Below, piece after piece: positions 1 through 8,761 of a stretch of DNA of 64,000 bases. Location: assembly GCA_963931635.1 (NCBI GenBank), contig OZ007034.1, positions 409,285 through 473,284 on the forward strand, given 5' to 3'. The stretch's first letter is position 1, and every line of letters begins with the position of its first letter. Made by a program: the position numbers and the translations under genes. This stretch comes from an uncultured Bacteroides sp. (GTDB lineage Bacteria > Bacteroidota > Bacteroidia > Bacteroidales > UBA11471). The notes below the pieces were generated by a model that saw only the letters and a list, made by a program, of their open reading frames with translations, was not told the origin of the DNA and ran no database searches.

Positions 1-2553
1 CCAGATATCGCCCACACTACCGCCCACACGGCCTATGATAGAGGCTTGCGCAATTTTCTGTATCAACTGGTTCTCGTCGGCCGTCTCAGAAAGCGACAAT
101 ATCTTATTGTTGTTTTTCGCCCAGTTGAAACGTAACGTCCAACTGAAATCTCTCGTCAAGACAGGGACAGCCTCCACTTCAATTTCATAACCCATGTTCT
201 GCACCGTACCCGAATTTATGGTAGCCTTGCTGTAACCGGTCGTCGGGTCCATCGGCGCATCGATGATTTGGTTCTTGGTGCGGTTATAATAGTACGCAAA
301 ATCGACACCGAGACGGTTGTTGAATACCCTGAAATCGACACCGGCCTCATAGTTGGTCGATATTTCGGGTTTGAAATCGGTATTGAACAATGTCGTGGGG
401 AGTTTTACCGAACCGGGAAAGTTTGTAGTGGCATAATATTGCGACGTCTTGTAGGGGTCGGTATCATTACCCACTTGGGCCCAGGAGAGGCGCAACTTCA
501 CGAGATTTATCTCGTCGGGCATCTCAAACCACTCATTCATCAACGTGCTCATCGAAACCGACGGATAGAAGAATGAATTGTTTTTCTTGGGCAGGGTCGA
601 CGACCAGTCGTTACGTCCCGACACATCGAAGAAAATTTTGTTGGCATAGGAGATGTTTGCCGTGAAATAGACGCTGTTCACCTGCTTGTTGAGAAGCCGC
701 TGGTCATACTCGATGGCCGAAACAGCATTTGCCAATTTGTAAACACCCGGAGTAATCAGGCCGTTGGCGGCATTCGACAGCATGTCGAGTTTCGACACCA
801 TCATATTTCCACCGACAGCGGCATTGAGGGTGATTCCATTGAAAAAACTGTTGTGATAAGTCAGCAAGACATCATTGTTGAGTTCATAACTGAACACATT
901 CTGTTTTCGGAAATATCCATCGGGGAAAACCACGTCGCTTACCGGACGGTGCTGTTCGCGCAAATCGTTTTCGAGTTGCAAAGCCGAACGCACCATAAAA
1001 TCGAAGTGGCTGCTCAATTTCAAGTTTGCCGACAACATCGACACCGTAGCATGTTTTTCGGTGGGGTTCAAAGCCTCGTAAAGTATCACATAGGGATTCT
1101 GAATGTTTTTACTGAACGGTTGCAGTTGAGTGACATTCTCCTGTCCCCGCACCCACATGTCGCGATACCAGTCCAAGTCGACACTGGGGTTTTGAAAGGC
1201 TAGGAAATAAGATATGGCGTTACCACTATAACCCACGGTGGGGAGATTGTCGCTTTTGCGCCAAGTGTAACTTGTCCGGTAATTGATACTCAGCAGGCGT
1301 GAAATCTGTTGCTGCCCCGAAATCGTCGCCGTGAGGCGTTGGAACCCGGTATTGGGAAGAATCCAGTTGTTCTTCATGTGGGTTACCGAAGCCCTCACCG
1401 AACCGCGGTCATTCTTACCCGACAAAGAAAGCGAGTTGGTCGTCGTAAAGCCTACGCGGAACAGGTCCTTGCGGTTATTCTCGTAAGACCTCCAAGGCGT
1501 AGGACTCTCACCACGAGCTTGTGTTTCGGGATCATACTGGTAAAATGACAATCCGCTGTCGAGACGCGGGCCAAACGCACTACTCGTCCCGCCCGTTCCA
1601 CTCACCGTTCCGTCGGGAAAATCGCCATAAGAATAGTAATGCTGGCCTTCATAAATCGAACCTTCGAGGCCGATGTTCGTCGACTGCCCCTGCCCGAATT
1701 CATACTGATAATCGGGCCACATCATCACATTTTCCATACTCGTGTTCGACGAGAAGGAAACACCGAGCCTGTCGTCCTGCTCGCTACCGTTTTTGGTCGT
1801 TACCATTATCACGCCGTTCGCCGCACGGGAACCGTACAATGCCGTAGCACTGGCCCCTTTGAGCACTTGCACGCTCTCGATATCTTCGGGATTCAGGTCG
1901 GAGAATCCGTTGCCAAAGTCTATCGAACCTTCACCCGAAGCCGCTTGCGCATTACCGGTATTTACCATGGGGGCACTCATCGGGACACCATCGACAACAA
2001 TCAAAGCGTTGTTGCCACCCTGGTTCAATGAAACATCTCCCCGTAAAGAAATACGCGTGGAACCCAGCGGACCCGCAGATGTATTGACGTTCAATCCGGC
2101 TACTTTTCCCACCAATGCCTGCGACCAGTTGGCCGATATGGAACGTGTGATTTCGCCGGCTTCAAGTTTCGTGGTGGAATATCCCAATCCGACTTCGTTG
2201 CGTTTTATACCCAATGCCGTCACCACGACATCGTCGAGAACAACATTTTTCTCGGACAACACGACAACCCAATTGGTTTTCCGGGGGCTGTAAGATACCG
2301 TATCGGGATCATAGCCCAAGAGACTGAACACCACCTTATCGGCAGTTCCAAGGCCAATCTTGCTCGACAGCGTGAATGTTCCATCGGCATCGGTCATGGT
2401 CGCCGTTGCAGAGCCTTTCACCGAAACATTCACGCCCACCAACGGTTCGTTGTTCCTATCGACAACCTTGCCATTGATTACGGTCTGTGCTTGGGCTGTT
2501 ATCGCCGCCAAGCTGAACAGGAAAATAAATTTTCTTTTTAACGTAAACAACAT
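1..2553 (-). CDS. SusC/RagA-family TonB-dependent outer-membrane receptor, partial (C-terminal end lies beyond window start)
   Basis: I translated the minus strand from the ATG at 2553-2551. It reads MLFTLKRKFIFLFSLAAITAQAQTVINGKVV... (signal peptide plus carboxypeptidase-regulatory-like N-domain). A plug-type motif QVLKGASATALYGSRAANGVIMV follows around 1800-1870. The frame is in register to position 1 (last codons ...IGRVGGSVGDIW). It is missing from the ORF track only because there is no stop in the window. Confidence 0.9.
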   Translation of the reverse strand, partial: MLFTLKRKFIFLFSLAAITAQAQTVINGKVVDRNNEPLVGVNVSVKGSATATMTDADGTFTLSSKIGLGTADKVVFSLLGYDPDTVSYSPRKTNWVVVLSEKNVVLDDVVVTALGIKRNEVGLGYSTTKLEAGEITRSISANWSQALVGKVAGLNVNTSAGPLGSTRISLRGDVSLNQGGNNALIVVDGVPMSAPMVNTGNAQAASGEGSIDFGNGFSDLNPEDIESVQVLKGASATALYGSRAANGVIMVTTKNGSEQDDRLGVSFSSNTSMENVMMWPDYQYEFGQGQSTNIGLEGSIYEGQHYYSYGDFPDGTVSGTGGTSSAFGPRLDSGLSFYQYDPETQARGESPTPWRSYENNRKDLFRVGFTTTNSLSLSGKNDRGSVRASVTHMKNNWILPNTGFQRLTATISGQQQISRLLSINYRTSYTWRKSDNLPTVGYSGNAISYFLAFQNPSVDLDWYRDMWVRGQENVTQLQPFSKNIQNPYVILYEALNPTEKHATVSMLSANLKLSSHFDFMVRSALQLENDLREQHRPVSDVVFPDGYFRKQNVFSYELNNDVLLTYHNSFFNGITLNAAVGGNMMVSKLDMLSNAANGLITPGVYKLANAVSAIEYDQRLLNKQVNSVYFTANISYANKIFFDVSGRNDWSSTLPKKNNSFFYPSVSMSTLMNEWFEMPDEINLVKLRLSWAQVGNDTDPYKTSQYYATTNFPGSVKLPTTLFNTDFKPEISTNYEAGVDFRVFNNRLGVDFAYYYNRTKNQIIDAPMDPTTGYSKATINSGTVQNMGYEIEVEAVPVLTRDFSWTLRFNWAKNNNKILSLSETADENQLIQKIAQASIIGRVGGSVGDIW

Positions 2554-2573
2554 AATCCTATATTTTGGTACGG

Positions 2574-2581
2574 CAAAAGTA
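2574..2581 (-). promoter_or_regulatory. Bacteroidetes-type -7 promoter box TACTTTTG upstream of the SusC-like gene
   Basis: Exact match to the TAnnTTTG consensus on the minus strand, about 20 nt upstream of the ATG at 2553. Confidence 0.45.
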
Positions 2582-2746
2582 TCGTCATGCTGTTTCAAGG
2601 GTATGACAAGAGTATTAATTTATCGACCCCGATCCGTAACAGTTATTTCATTTTTGTGACGAATAATCACATCTCACCGATTCTGTCAATGGGCACCGAT
2701 GTCAACAGGAGCATTACCCGTACTATTTATTTATAAACCAATGATT

Positions 2747-2790
2747 AAAAAAACATTCCCGGCATGGGTATAAATCCCATGCCGGGAATG
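2747..2790 (-). terminator. Intrinsic terminator-like hairpin (15-bp perfect stem) followed by a T-run on the minus strand
   Basis: CATTCCCGGCATGGG (2754-2768) pairs with CCCATGCCGGGAATG (2776-2790). The A-run at 2747-2753 on plus is a T-run after the stem on minus. Confidence 0.6.
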
Positions 2791-2818
2791 AAACCTTGCA
2801 GGTTCTCAAAACTCGGGC

Positions 2819-2850
2819 ATAAAAAAGTTCCGGGACCAATGTCCGGGAAC
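2819..2850 (-). terminator. Terminator-like hairpin followed by a T-run on the minus strand
   Basis: GTTCCGGGAC (2827-2836) pairs with GTCCGGGAAC (2841-2850), 9 of 10 pairs. On minus it is followed by TTTTTTAT. Confidence 0.45.
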
Positions 2851-2971
2851 TTTCCAACAAATTTCAAACGACGCGGAAGGACACGAACTTGCGATTCCGG
2901 CACAAGCGACCGCAACTCTTATATCCCCCGGTCGCAGGTCGCGCAAAGCAAGACATTTCAAGTATATACAT

Positions 2972-3000
2972 AAAAAAGCCCCGAAGATTATCGAGGCTTT
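2972..3000 (-). terminator. Intrinsic terminator downstream of tRNA-Asp
   Basis: The minus strand reads AAAGCCTCGATAATCTTCGGGGCTTTTTTA. It is an imperfect GC-containing hairpin followed by a T6 run, immediately 3' of the tRNA. Confidence 0.55.
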
Positions 3001-3002
3001 TC

Positions 3003-3079
3003 TGGCGGTGCGGACGGGACTCGAACCCGCGACCCCATGCGTGACAGGCATGTATTCTAACCAGCTGAACTACCGCACC
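3003..3079 (-). tRNA. tRNA-Asp (anticodon GTC), CCA encoded
   Basis: The reverse complement is GGTGCGGTAGTTCAGCTGGTTAGAATACATGCCTGTCACGCATGGGGTCGCGGGTTCGAGTCCCGTCCGCACCGCCA. It folds by hand into a 77-nt cloverleaf with anticodon loop CTGTCAC, T-loop TTCGAGT and discriminator G. Confidence 0.95.
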
Positions 3080-3131
3080 ATTTTTCAGGGATCTTACCCA
3101 TTGCCACCCGGCTCTCTGCCGAATTGCGGTG

Positions 3132-3139
3132 CAAAGATA
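3132..3139 (-). promoter_or_regulatory. -7 promoter box TATCTTTG upstream of tRNA-Asp
   Basis: Exact TAnnTTTG on the minus strand, about 50 nt upstream of the tRNA 5' end. Confidence 0.4.
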
Positions 3140-3269
3140 TGTATTTATTTCTTTTCTGCAATAGCTTTGCGATATTTTTTCTTTCTCTTTCGCGCTTATT
3201 GAACACAATCGCCTCCCACAAGGATATTGTAGGAGGCGATTGCAGACTTTGTCGAACAAGAAGTCGCAC

Positions 3270-4457
3270 TCAATCGAGCGGACGTATCTCCTCTTCACAA
3301 CAGGTGAGTTTCTCAACTCCCTCTTCGGTAACCAAATAGGTGTTTTCGATGCCCACCGGCCCGACACCGGGAATTACAAACTTGGGTTCGAGGGCGAAGA
3401 CCATACCGGCTTCCAACACATCACGCGAACGAGGTGCAATGACCGGTAACTCATTGATTTCAATGCCTACACCATGACCCACAAAACCGGCTTTCTGACG
3501 GTGTCCCATGAAATAGGCCTCAACATCGCGAGCACGGGCTATTTCCAGAGATTTGTTGTAAAGGTCGGCAACTGCTACTCCAGGACGTGCCGCCGATGCA
3601 ACAGCTTGATGTATCTCTATAGATACCTGATGGGCATGGAGGGCTATTTCGGGGATTTCTCCCAGGGAATAAACCCGGGAAAGGTCGGTCATATAACCGG
3701 TAAAGTTTCCGTTGATATCGACCATTACCGTCTGCCCCGGATGTATCGTCGTTCCGTTGCAACCAATTGGGAGCGAATCGTCGAGACCGGCACCTCCCAT
3801 GGCAAAATCATAAGGGGTGGGTGTATCGGCATTTTCGCCCGAGAGCACATTGCCCATGAATATTTCCATGCTATGTCCAAAAATACGGAAAATTCCCAAC
3901 GAACCGTGCTGTCGGGCACACCGCTCAATTTCAATGGAAAACTCCAAATCGGTCATTCCCTCGGTATAGAGTTTGGGTATATGGCGATACAACAAATCAT
4001 GCGAAGCGGCCGACTGACGGAGAAGCGCTATCTCGAAGGGGGTCTTCACCGCCCTGACATTCCTGATGAGCATATTTCCTCCATTGAGAATCTGCGCCGA
4101 AGAGAAAACGGCCGCCAAGCGATTATACTCGTTGAACGAAAGAGTATCGCCTTCAAGGAGCAACGTTCCGGGCATTGCAAGGCCGCGGTTTTTCAGTTCG
4201 TCGGGTATCTGTTCGGGCTTACGTATGTATATAACATTATCCCCCGACAAATCGACCGGTCGACGAACGAAATAGAGCATGTCGCCCTCGACAGGGATAT
4301 AGGTATAGCCACAAAAAACTCGGCTCGACGTATAATAAAGATTGGCATTATCGGTCAGCAACAAGGCATCGGCCGACATACAACGCATGGCGGCTTGAAT
4401 TTTTTCCTTCCGAGCGAGAGCTTCGGGAGCAAAGACGGGATTGTACATCATAGTCAT
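3270..4457 (-). CDS. M24-family metallopeptidase (Xaa-Pro aminopeptidase/dipeptidase-like)
   Basis: 395-aa ORF with a creatinase/prolidase-like N-domain followed by a pita-bread catalytic domain. Motifs seen: VMVDINGNFTGYMTDLSR, GHGVGIEINELP, FALEPKF. Confidence 0.85.
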   Translation of the reverse strand: MTMMYNPVFAPEALARKEKIQAAMRCMSADALLLTDNANLYYTSSRVFCGYTYIPVEGDMLYFVRRPVDLSGDNVIYIRKPEQIPDELKNRGLAMPGTLLLEGDTLSFNEYNRLAAVFSSAQILNGGNMLIRNVRAVKTPFEIALLRQSAASHDLLYRHIPKLYTEGMTDLEFSIEIERCARQHGSLGIFRIFGHSMEIFMGNVLSGENADTPTPYDFAMGGAGLDDSLPIGCNGTTIHPGQTVMVDINGNFTGYMTDLSRVYSLGEIPEIALHAHQVSIEIHQAVASAARPGVAVADLYNKSLEIARARDVEAYFMGHRQKAGFVGHGVGIEINELPVIAPRSRDVLEAGMVFALEPKFVIPGVGPVGIENTYLVTEEGVEKLTCCEEEIRPLD

Positions 4458-4479
4458 ACGATTTTTTGGTGTTCACTCT

Positions 4480-5763
4480 TTATAGATAATCAATACATCT
4501 TTCCAATTTCATAAATCGAGACCCTTTTATTAGAATTGTGCGTCCCGACAAGGGGTTCTTCTGCAAATCACTGATCAGTGCATCGGTATCGGCAAAAGCA
4601 GGCAGTCCGGCAGCAACCTGTCCGAACTCTTTTCCTACCAACATCACATCAACGTCGGGGTATCCCTTCAAACGCTCAACAATGTGTCGATGCTCCGCTT
4701 CGCTGTCGGCGCCCAACTCTCCCATATCGCCCAATATGAGCGTCTTATGTAAGAAGTCGGCCGAAAAGAAATTGTCAAGGGCCACCGCCATGCTCGACGG
4801 ATTGGCATTGTAGGCATCGACAATGAGTGTGTTATGAGGGGTCTTTATCATTTGCGAACGCCGATTTTGCGGTTCGTAAGCGGCAAGCGCCGCCGCTATC
4901 TCGGGCGGCTCGACGCCAAAGTAGGCCGCTACGGCTGCCGCAGCCAAGGCATTGGGCAGGTTGTAACTGCCGATGAGATGAGTATCGACCTCGCATGTCG
5001 TATCTTTACAGGTAAAAGAGAACGATAGAAACGGCGAGCAACTCAGAAGACGACCCGACACCCAAAGGCCGGATGTGGTACCATATTCGGCAGCCACGGC
5101 ACCCTCGGCACGGGGGGCAAGCACCGCATCTTCGTGATGGAGAAAGATTTTCCCGCCATGAGCCTTCACAAAATCGTAAAGTTCACATTTGGTGGCAACG
5201 ACTCCCTCAAACGAACCGAATCCCTGCAAATGGGCCTTGCCCACGTTGGTAATCAAGGCGTAATCGGGCTCGGCAATCGTCACCAGTTCGGTGATATCGC
5301 CGGGGTGACTGGCTCCCATCTCCACCACGGCTATCTCATGGGAATCGTCAAGTTTCAAAAGGGTGAGCGGCACGCCTATGGAATTGTTGAGATTTCCTTC
5401 GGTAGCAAGTACCTTAAAACGTCTCGACAGGCAGGCGGCCGTCAATTCTTTTGTAGTGGTTTTCCCGTTGGTTCCGGTAATGCCTATCACCGTACGTCCC
5501 CACTCCCGACGATGACGACGGGCCAAAGCCTGCAACGCCTGCAAGACATCATCGACCAGCACATAGCGCTCGTCGACAGCCACCGTCGAATCGTCGACAA
5601 CGGCATAGGCACAGCCGTCATGTAAAGCCTGGGCAGCAAAGCGGTTGCCGTCGAACGTTGTTCCGCGCAAAGCAAAAAATATGGACCCGTGAGGACAATG
5701 ACGACTATCGGTCGTTATCACTTTTTGCGCACGAAACAGGGTATATAAAGATTCTATATCCAT
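4480..5763 (-). CDS. murF: UDP-N-acetylmuramoyl-tripeptide--D-alanyl-D-alanine ligase
   Basis: Mur-ligase P-loop GITGTNGKTTTKEL and a typical MurF N-terminus MDIESLYTLF...ITTDSR. I moved the start to the ATG at 5763; the ORF track starts at 5802. Confidence 0.9.
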   Translation of the reverse strand: MDIESLYTLFRAQKVITTDSRHCPHGSIFFALRGTTFDGNRFAAQALHDGCAYAVVDDSTVAVDERYVLVDDVLQALQALARRHRREWGRTVIGITGTNGKTTTKELTAACLSRRFKVLATEGNLNNSIGVPLTLLKLDDSHEIAVVEMGASHPGDITELVTIAEPDYALITNVGKAHLQGFGSFEGVVATKCELYDFVKAHGGKIFLHHEDAVLAPRAEGAVAAEYGTTSGLWVSGRLLSCSPFLSFSFTCKDTTCEVDTHLIGSYNLPNALAAAAVAAYFGVEPPEIAAALAAYEPQNRRSQMIKTPHNTLIVDAYNANPSSMAVALDNFFSADFLHKTLILGDMGELGADSEAEHRHIVERLKGYPDVDVMLVGKEFGQVAAGLPAFADTDALISDLQKNPLSGRTILIKGSRFMKLERCIDYL

Positions 5764-5897
5764 CGCTCTCCGTAAATTTTTTACGACGGCGAAAATAATC
5801 ATTATTTACCGGATTGTCTGTCGGGAAAAGTGATTTTTCTATAAAAAAATATTCAGGCACAAAAGATTTCTCTCTTTTCCCGTCATAATGTATCATT

Positions 5898-6401
5898 TCA
5901 TTTTCTGAAATCTTTCAATTCTTTCTGCAATTGTACCCGACTTGCATGAATACGACTTTTAACCGTACCCAGAGGTATTCCCATCTTTTCGGCAATTTCC
6001 TGATATTTATAACCCGACAGGTACAACGACATGGGAATCTTATACGTCTTGTCAAGCATGTCGACGGCTCGCTGTATGTCTCCGACGGCAAATACCGTAT
6101 CACCGGAACATTCCATCGACACCTCATCGCACGGCATCACATGCTCTATTTCGTCCTTGGTCATGCAGCAACATCGTGTCGAATGACGGGTATTATTAAA
6201 AAACACATTCCGCATAATGGTATAGAGCCACCCCGATATATTGTTCTCTTCGGTATACATCCCGACCGATTTCAAGGCGCACAGCAATGTCGATTGTAAC
6301 AAATCCTGTGCGTCGTCATAATTCCGAGTCAACCGGTAAGCCCACCGATACATTTCGGTCCGGTTGCTTACCAGGTAATCGGATATTTCATCTTTTTCCA
6401 T
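5898..6401 (-). CDS. ECF-type RNA polymerase sigma-70 factor
   Basis: 167 aa. Region 2 reads DDAQDLLQSTLL...GWLYTIMRNVFFN. Region 4 helix-turn-helix reads YQEIAEKMGIPLGTVKSRIHASR. A Cys-rich linker lies between the two regions. Confidence 0.85.
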   Translation of the reverse strand: MEKDEISDYLVSNRTEMYRWAYRLTRNYDDAQDLLQSTLLCALKSVGMYTEENNISGWLYTIMRNVFFNNTRHSTRCCCMTKDEIEHVMPCDEVSMECSGDTVFAVGDIQRAVDMLDKTYKIPMSLYLSGYKYQEIAEKMGIPLGTVKSRIHASRVQLQKELKDFRK

Positions 6402-6509
6402 GAATATTAGTTCCGCATTATATCAATTTTTCTTTCGTTTCATATAAACAAATCACACAAAAGAACAAAATTGTTCGATTTTTTAAAAATTTATTTTCTT
6501 ATTTTCAAA

Positions 6510-7805
6510 TCAATCAGCCTGAGAAGTTGTCCTCTTTAAACCGAAATCAGATGGAATTTTCAGAAAAGGCAGCAACACAAAAACCGGCAACGTACACACC
6601 ATCACCCACACGAAAAAGAGAGTATAGCCTATGCGGTCGGCTATCCAGCCGGCGCCCATGCCGGGCAACATCATGCCCAACGCCATAAATGCCGTACACA
6701 GGGCATAGTGAGCCGTGGCGTGCCGCCCTTCGGAGAAGATAATCATGTAGAGCATATAGGCGGTGAATCCGAATCCGTAGCCCAACTGCTCGACGGCCAC
6801 GCAGACATTGACAATCGCCAGCGAAGAGGGCTGTACCCACGAGAAATAGACATAAACCAGATTGGGCAGTGTGAGCAGCAGCGCCATGGGCCACAGGCAG
6901 CGACGCAGGCCGTAACGGGCGACAGCCCACCCCCCGACAAGCCCGCCAAGGGTGAGCGCCACCACTCCCACCGTGCCGTAGACAAAGCCCACCTGCCCGG
7001 TCGTCAGCGCCAAACCGCCATCGGCCCGCTCATCGAGAAGGAAGAGCGACGACATCTTCACCAACTGAGCTTCGGCCAAACGGTAGGTGAGCAGAAAGAG
7101 CAAGGCTACGCCGATGCCCGGCTTGGCAAAGAAGGAGCGGAACGTCTCGCACAACTCCCGCCCGATGTCGGCAGCCCGACCCACCGAAGCTCTGTCACCC
7201 GACGGACGGGGCAGCAAAACGAGATGGTACAGGGCAAAGACAAAGAAAAGCAGGGCCATGATGCCGAAGGTAAGCGACCAGGCCACCTCGACACGGCTAA
7301 GGAGTTCGAGCCGCCCGGCCAACATCACCAGCAATCCCTGTCCGGCTATCATGGCTATGCGGTAGAAGGTACTACGTATACCTACAAAAAACGACTGCCG
7401 ATGGGTGTCAAGCGCCAGCATATAGAAACCGTCGGCGGCAATATCATGTGTCGACGAACTGAACGCCATCAGCCAGAAAAAGGCCAGCGTGGCACGGAAG
7501 AAAAAGGGGGCCGGCAGCGTGAGTGCCACACCCGCCATGGCCGCACCTACCAGAAACTGCATGGCGACTATCCACCAGCGGCGTGTACGCAAGATGTCGA
7601 CAAACGGGCTCCACAAGGGCTTGATGACCCACGGCAGGTAGAGCCACGCCGTGTAGAAGGCTATATCGGTGTGCGAGATGGAGAGACGGTCGTACATAAT
7701 CACGGCTATCGACATGACGGCCACATAGGGAATACCTTCGGCAAAATAGAGCGTGGGCACCCAGGTCCATGGCGAACGAGAGAACGGAGCAGTTTTCATC
7801 GGCAT
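6510..7805 (-). CDS. ampG: AmpG-family MFS muropeptide permease
   Basis: 431-aa polytopic membrane protein. The N-terminus WTWVPTLYFAEGIPYVAVM is typical of AmpG-type MFS permeases. It is the last gene of the MurNAc operon and overlaps the upstream gene by 10 nt. Confidence 0.8.
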   Translation of the reverse strand: MPMKTAPFSRSPWTWVPTLYFAEGIPYVAVMSIAVIMYDRLSISHTDIAFYTAWLYLPWVIKPLWSPFVDILRTRRWWIVAMQFLVGAAMAGVALTLPAPFFFRATLAFFWLMAFSSSTHDIAADGFYMLALDTHRQSFFVGIRSTFYRIAMIAGQGLLVMLAGRLELLSRVEVAWSLTFGIMALLFFVFALYHLVLLPRPSGDRASVGRAADIGRELCETFRSFFAKPGIGVALLFLLTYRLAEAQLVKMSSLFLLDERADGGLALTTGQVGFVYGTVGVVALTLGGLVGGWAVARYGLRRCLWPMALLLTLPNLVYVYFSWVQPSSLAIVNVCVAVEQLGYGFGFTAYMLYMIIFSEGRHATAHYALCTAFMALGMMLPGMGAGWIADRIGYTLFFVWVMVCTLPVFVLLPFLKIPSDFGLKRTTSQAD

Positions 7806-8761
7806 CGGGTTTTAAGTTGTTGCAGGCAAACATCGAGAAGCGAGGGTTCGGCCACCTGACGGTAAATATCGGCCAACTCCGCAGCCGAAAGGGAGAGGAA
7901 ATCTGTCTCCCGCGGTGTAATGACGACCCCGGCCATATCGACAGCCCCGGGGCTGACCAGGCGCTGTGCCTCTCCCCCGGCATCGTACTGCCACGGGCGG
8001 TGGCGGGTGCGCAACACCGCCCAACACCGCCAGCTCGTCCCGGTAAAGGAACAGAGCATGTTCACCGGTGGCTCGACATCGCCTGACGGCACGGGCAAGA
8101 GAGCCTCTACCCGCTCCCAGAAAGCACACAGGGCTTCGACATCGTCGCCTTCGAAAGCCAGCATCGCCACCGGCCAACGGGTAAGCCATGAATAGACGAC
8201 GCCCCCCACCCAACGACAACTCTCGCCCTGCGCCGCAAGCAGGGCGTCCCACTGCGACTCAATGGGTACAAAGCCTTTGTTACCGGCCTGGAAATGCATG
8301 TGGTCGGGAGCCGAGGCTCCGCAGCGGGCTCCGTTATAAAACACAATACAGGCAGGCAACGCAGCGGCCAGCTGCAACATATCGCCGAAACGTCCCCGCA
8401 GGAGTTGCGGCACATGTTCTACCGCCGGCAACGTAAAATGGCGGGGAAATATCGGATAGGGGTTGACCAGCAACTGGTAGCGGTCTGCCACCGGTACGGA
8501 AAGCTGCTCGACGGGACGATTGGCATCGCACAGAAAGCAGGGGCGCTGCGCCACCGAACGGCGGTCGACCTTCGAGGCCGTGGAACGGATACGCTCGGGG
8601 TTGCACTGCAACCGCACGGGCACTCCACCCACCTCGACGGTGCGCTCGCGGCATTGCGACAAGGCCGCATAGTGGCCGGCAGCCCCGGGCCACTGCTGCC
8701 ACTGCATGCGCAGCAGGGCATCGGCCTCATCAGCCAGATTTTTCAGACTATCGGGTTTCAT
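7796..8761 (-). CDS. DUF4922-like protein with HIT/GalT-type HxHxQ motif (putative nucleotidyl-/phosphoryl-transferase)
   Basis: 321 aa containing [10 protein letters not shown]. It is translationally coupled (overlapping) to both the GT2 gene upstream and ampG downstream. Confidence 0.6.
   Translation of the reverse strand: MKPDSLKNLADEADALLRMQWQQWPGAAGHYAALSQCRERTVEVGGVPVRLQCNPERIRSTASKVDRRSVAQRPCFLCDANRPVEQLSVPVADRYQLLVNPYPIFPRHFTLPAVEHVPQLLRGRFGDMLQLAAALPACIVFYNGARCGASAPDHMHFQAGNKGFVPIESQWDALLAAQGESCRWVGGVVYSWLTRWPVAMLAFEGDDVEALCAFWERVEALLPVPSGDVEPPVNMLCSFTGTSWRCWAVLRTRHRPWQYDAGGEAQRLVSPGAVDMAGVVITPRETDFLSLSAAELADIYRQVAEPSLLDVCLQQLKTRCR

Noticed and set aside
2864-3367. 167-aa minus-strand ORF (and the 81-aa ORF at 2806-3051) overlapping tRNA-Asp
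   Set aside because: It runs straight through a well-folding tRNA gene and its terminator, so it is spurious. Only its last 30 codons are mentioned, as a possible micro-ORF in the findings.
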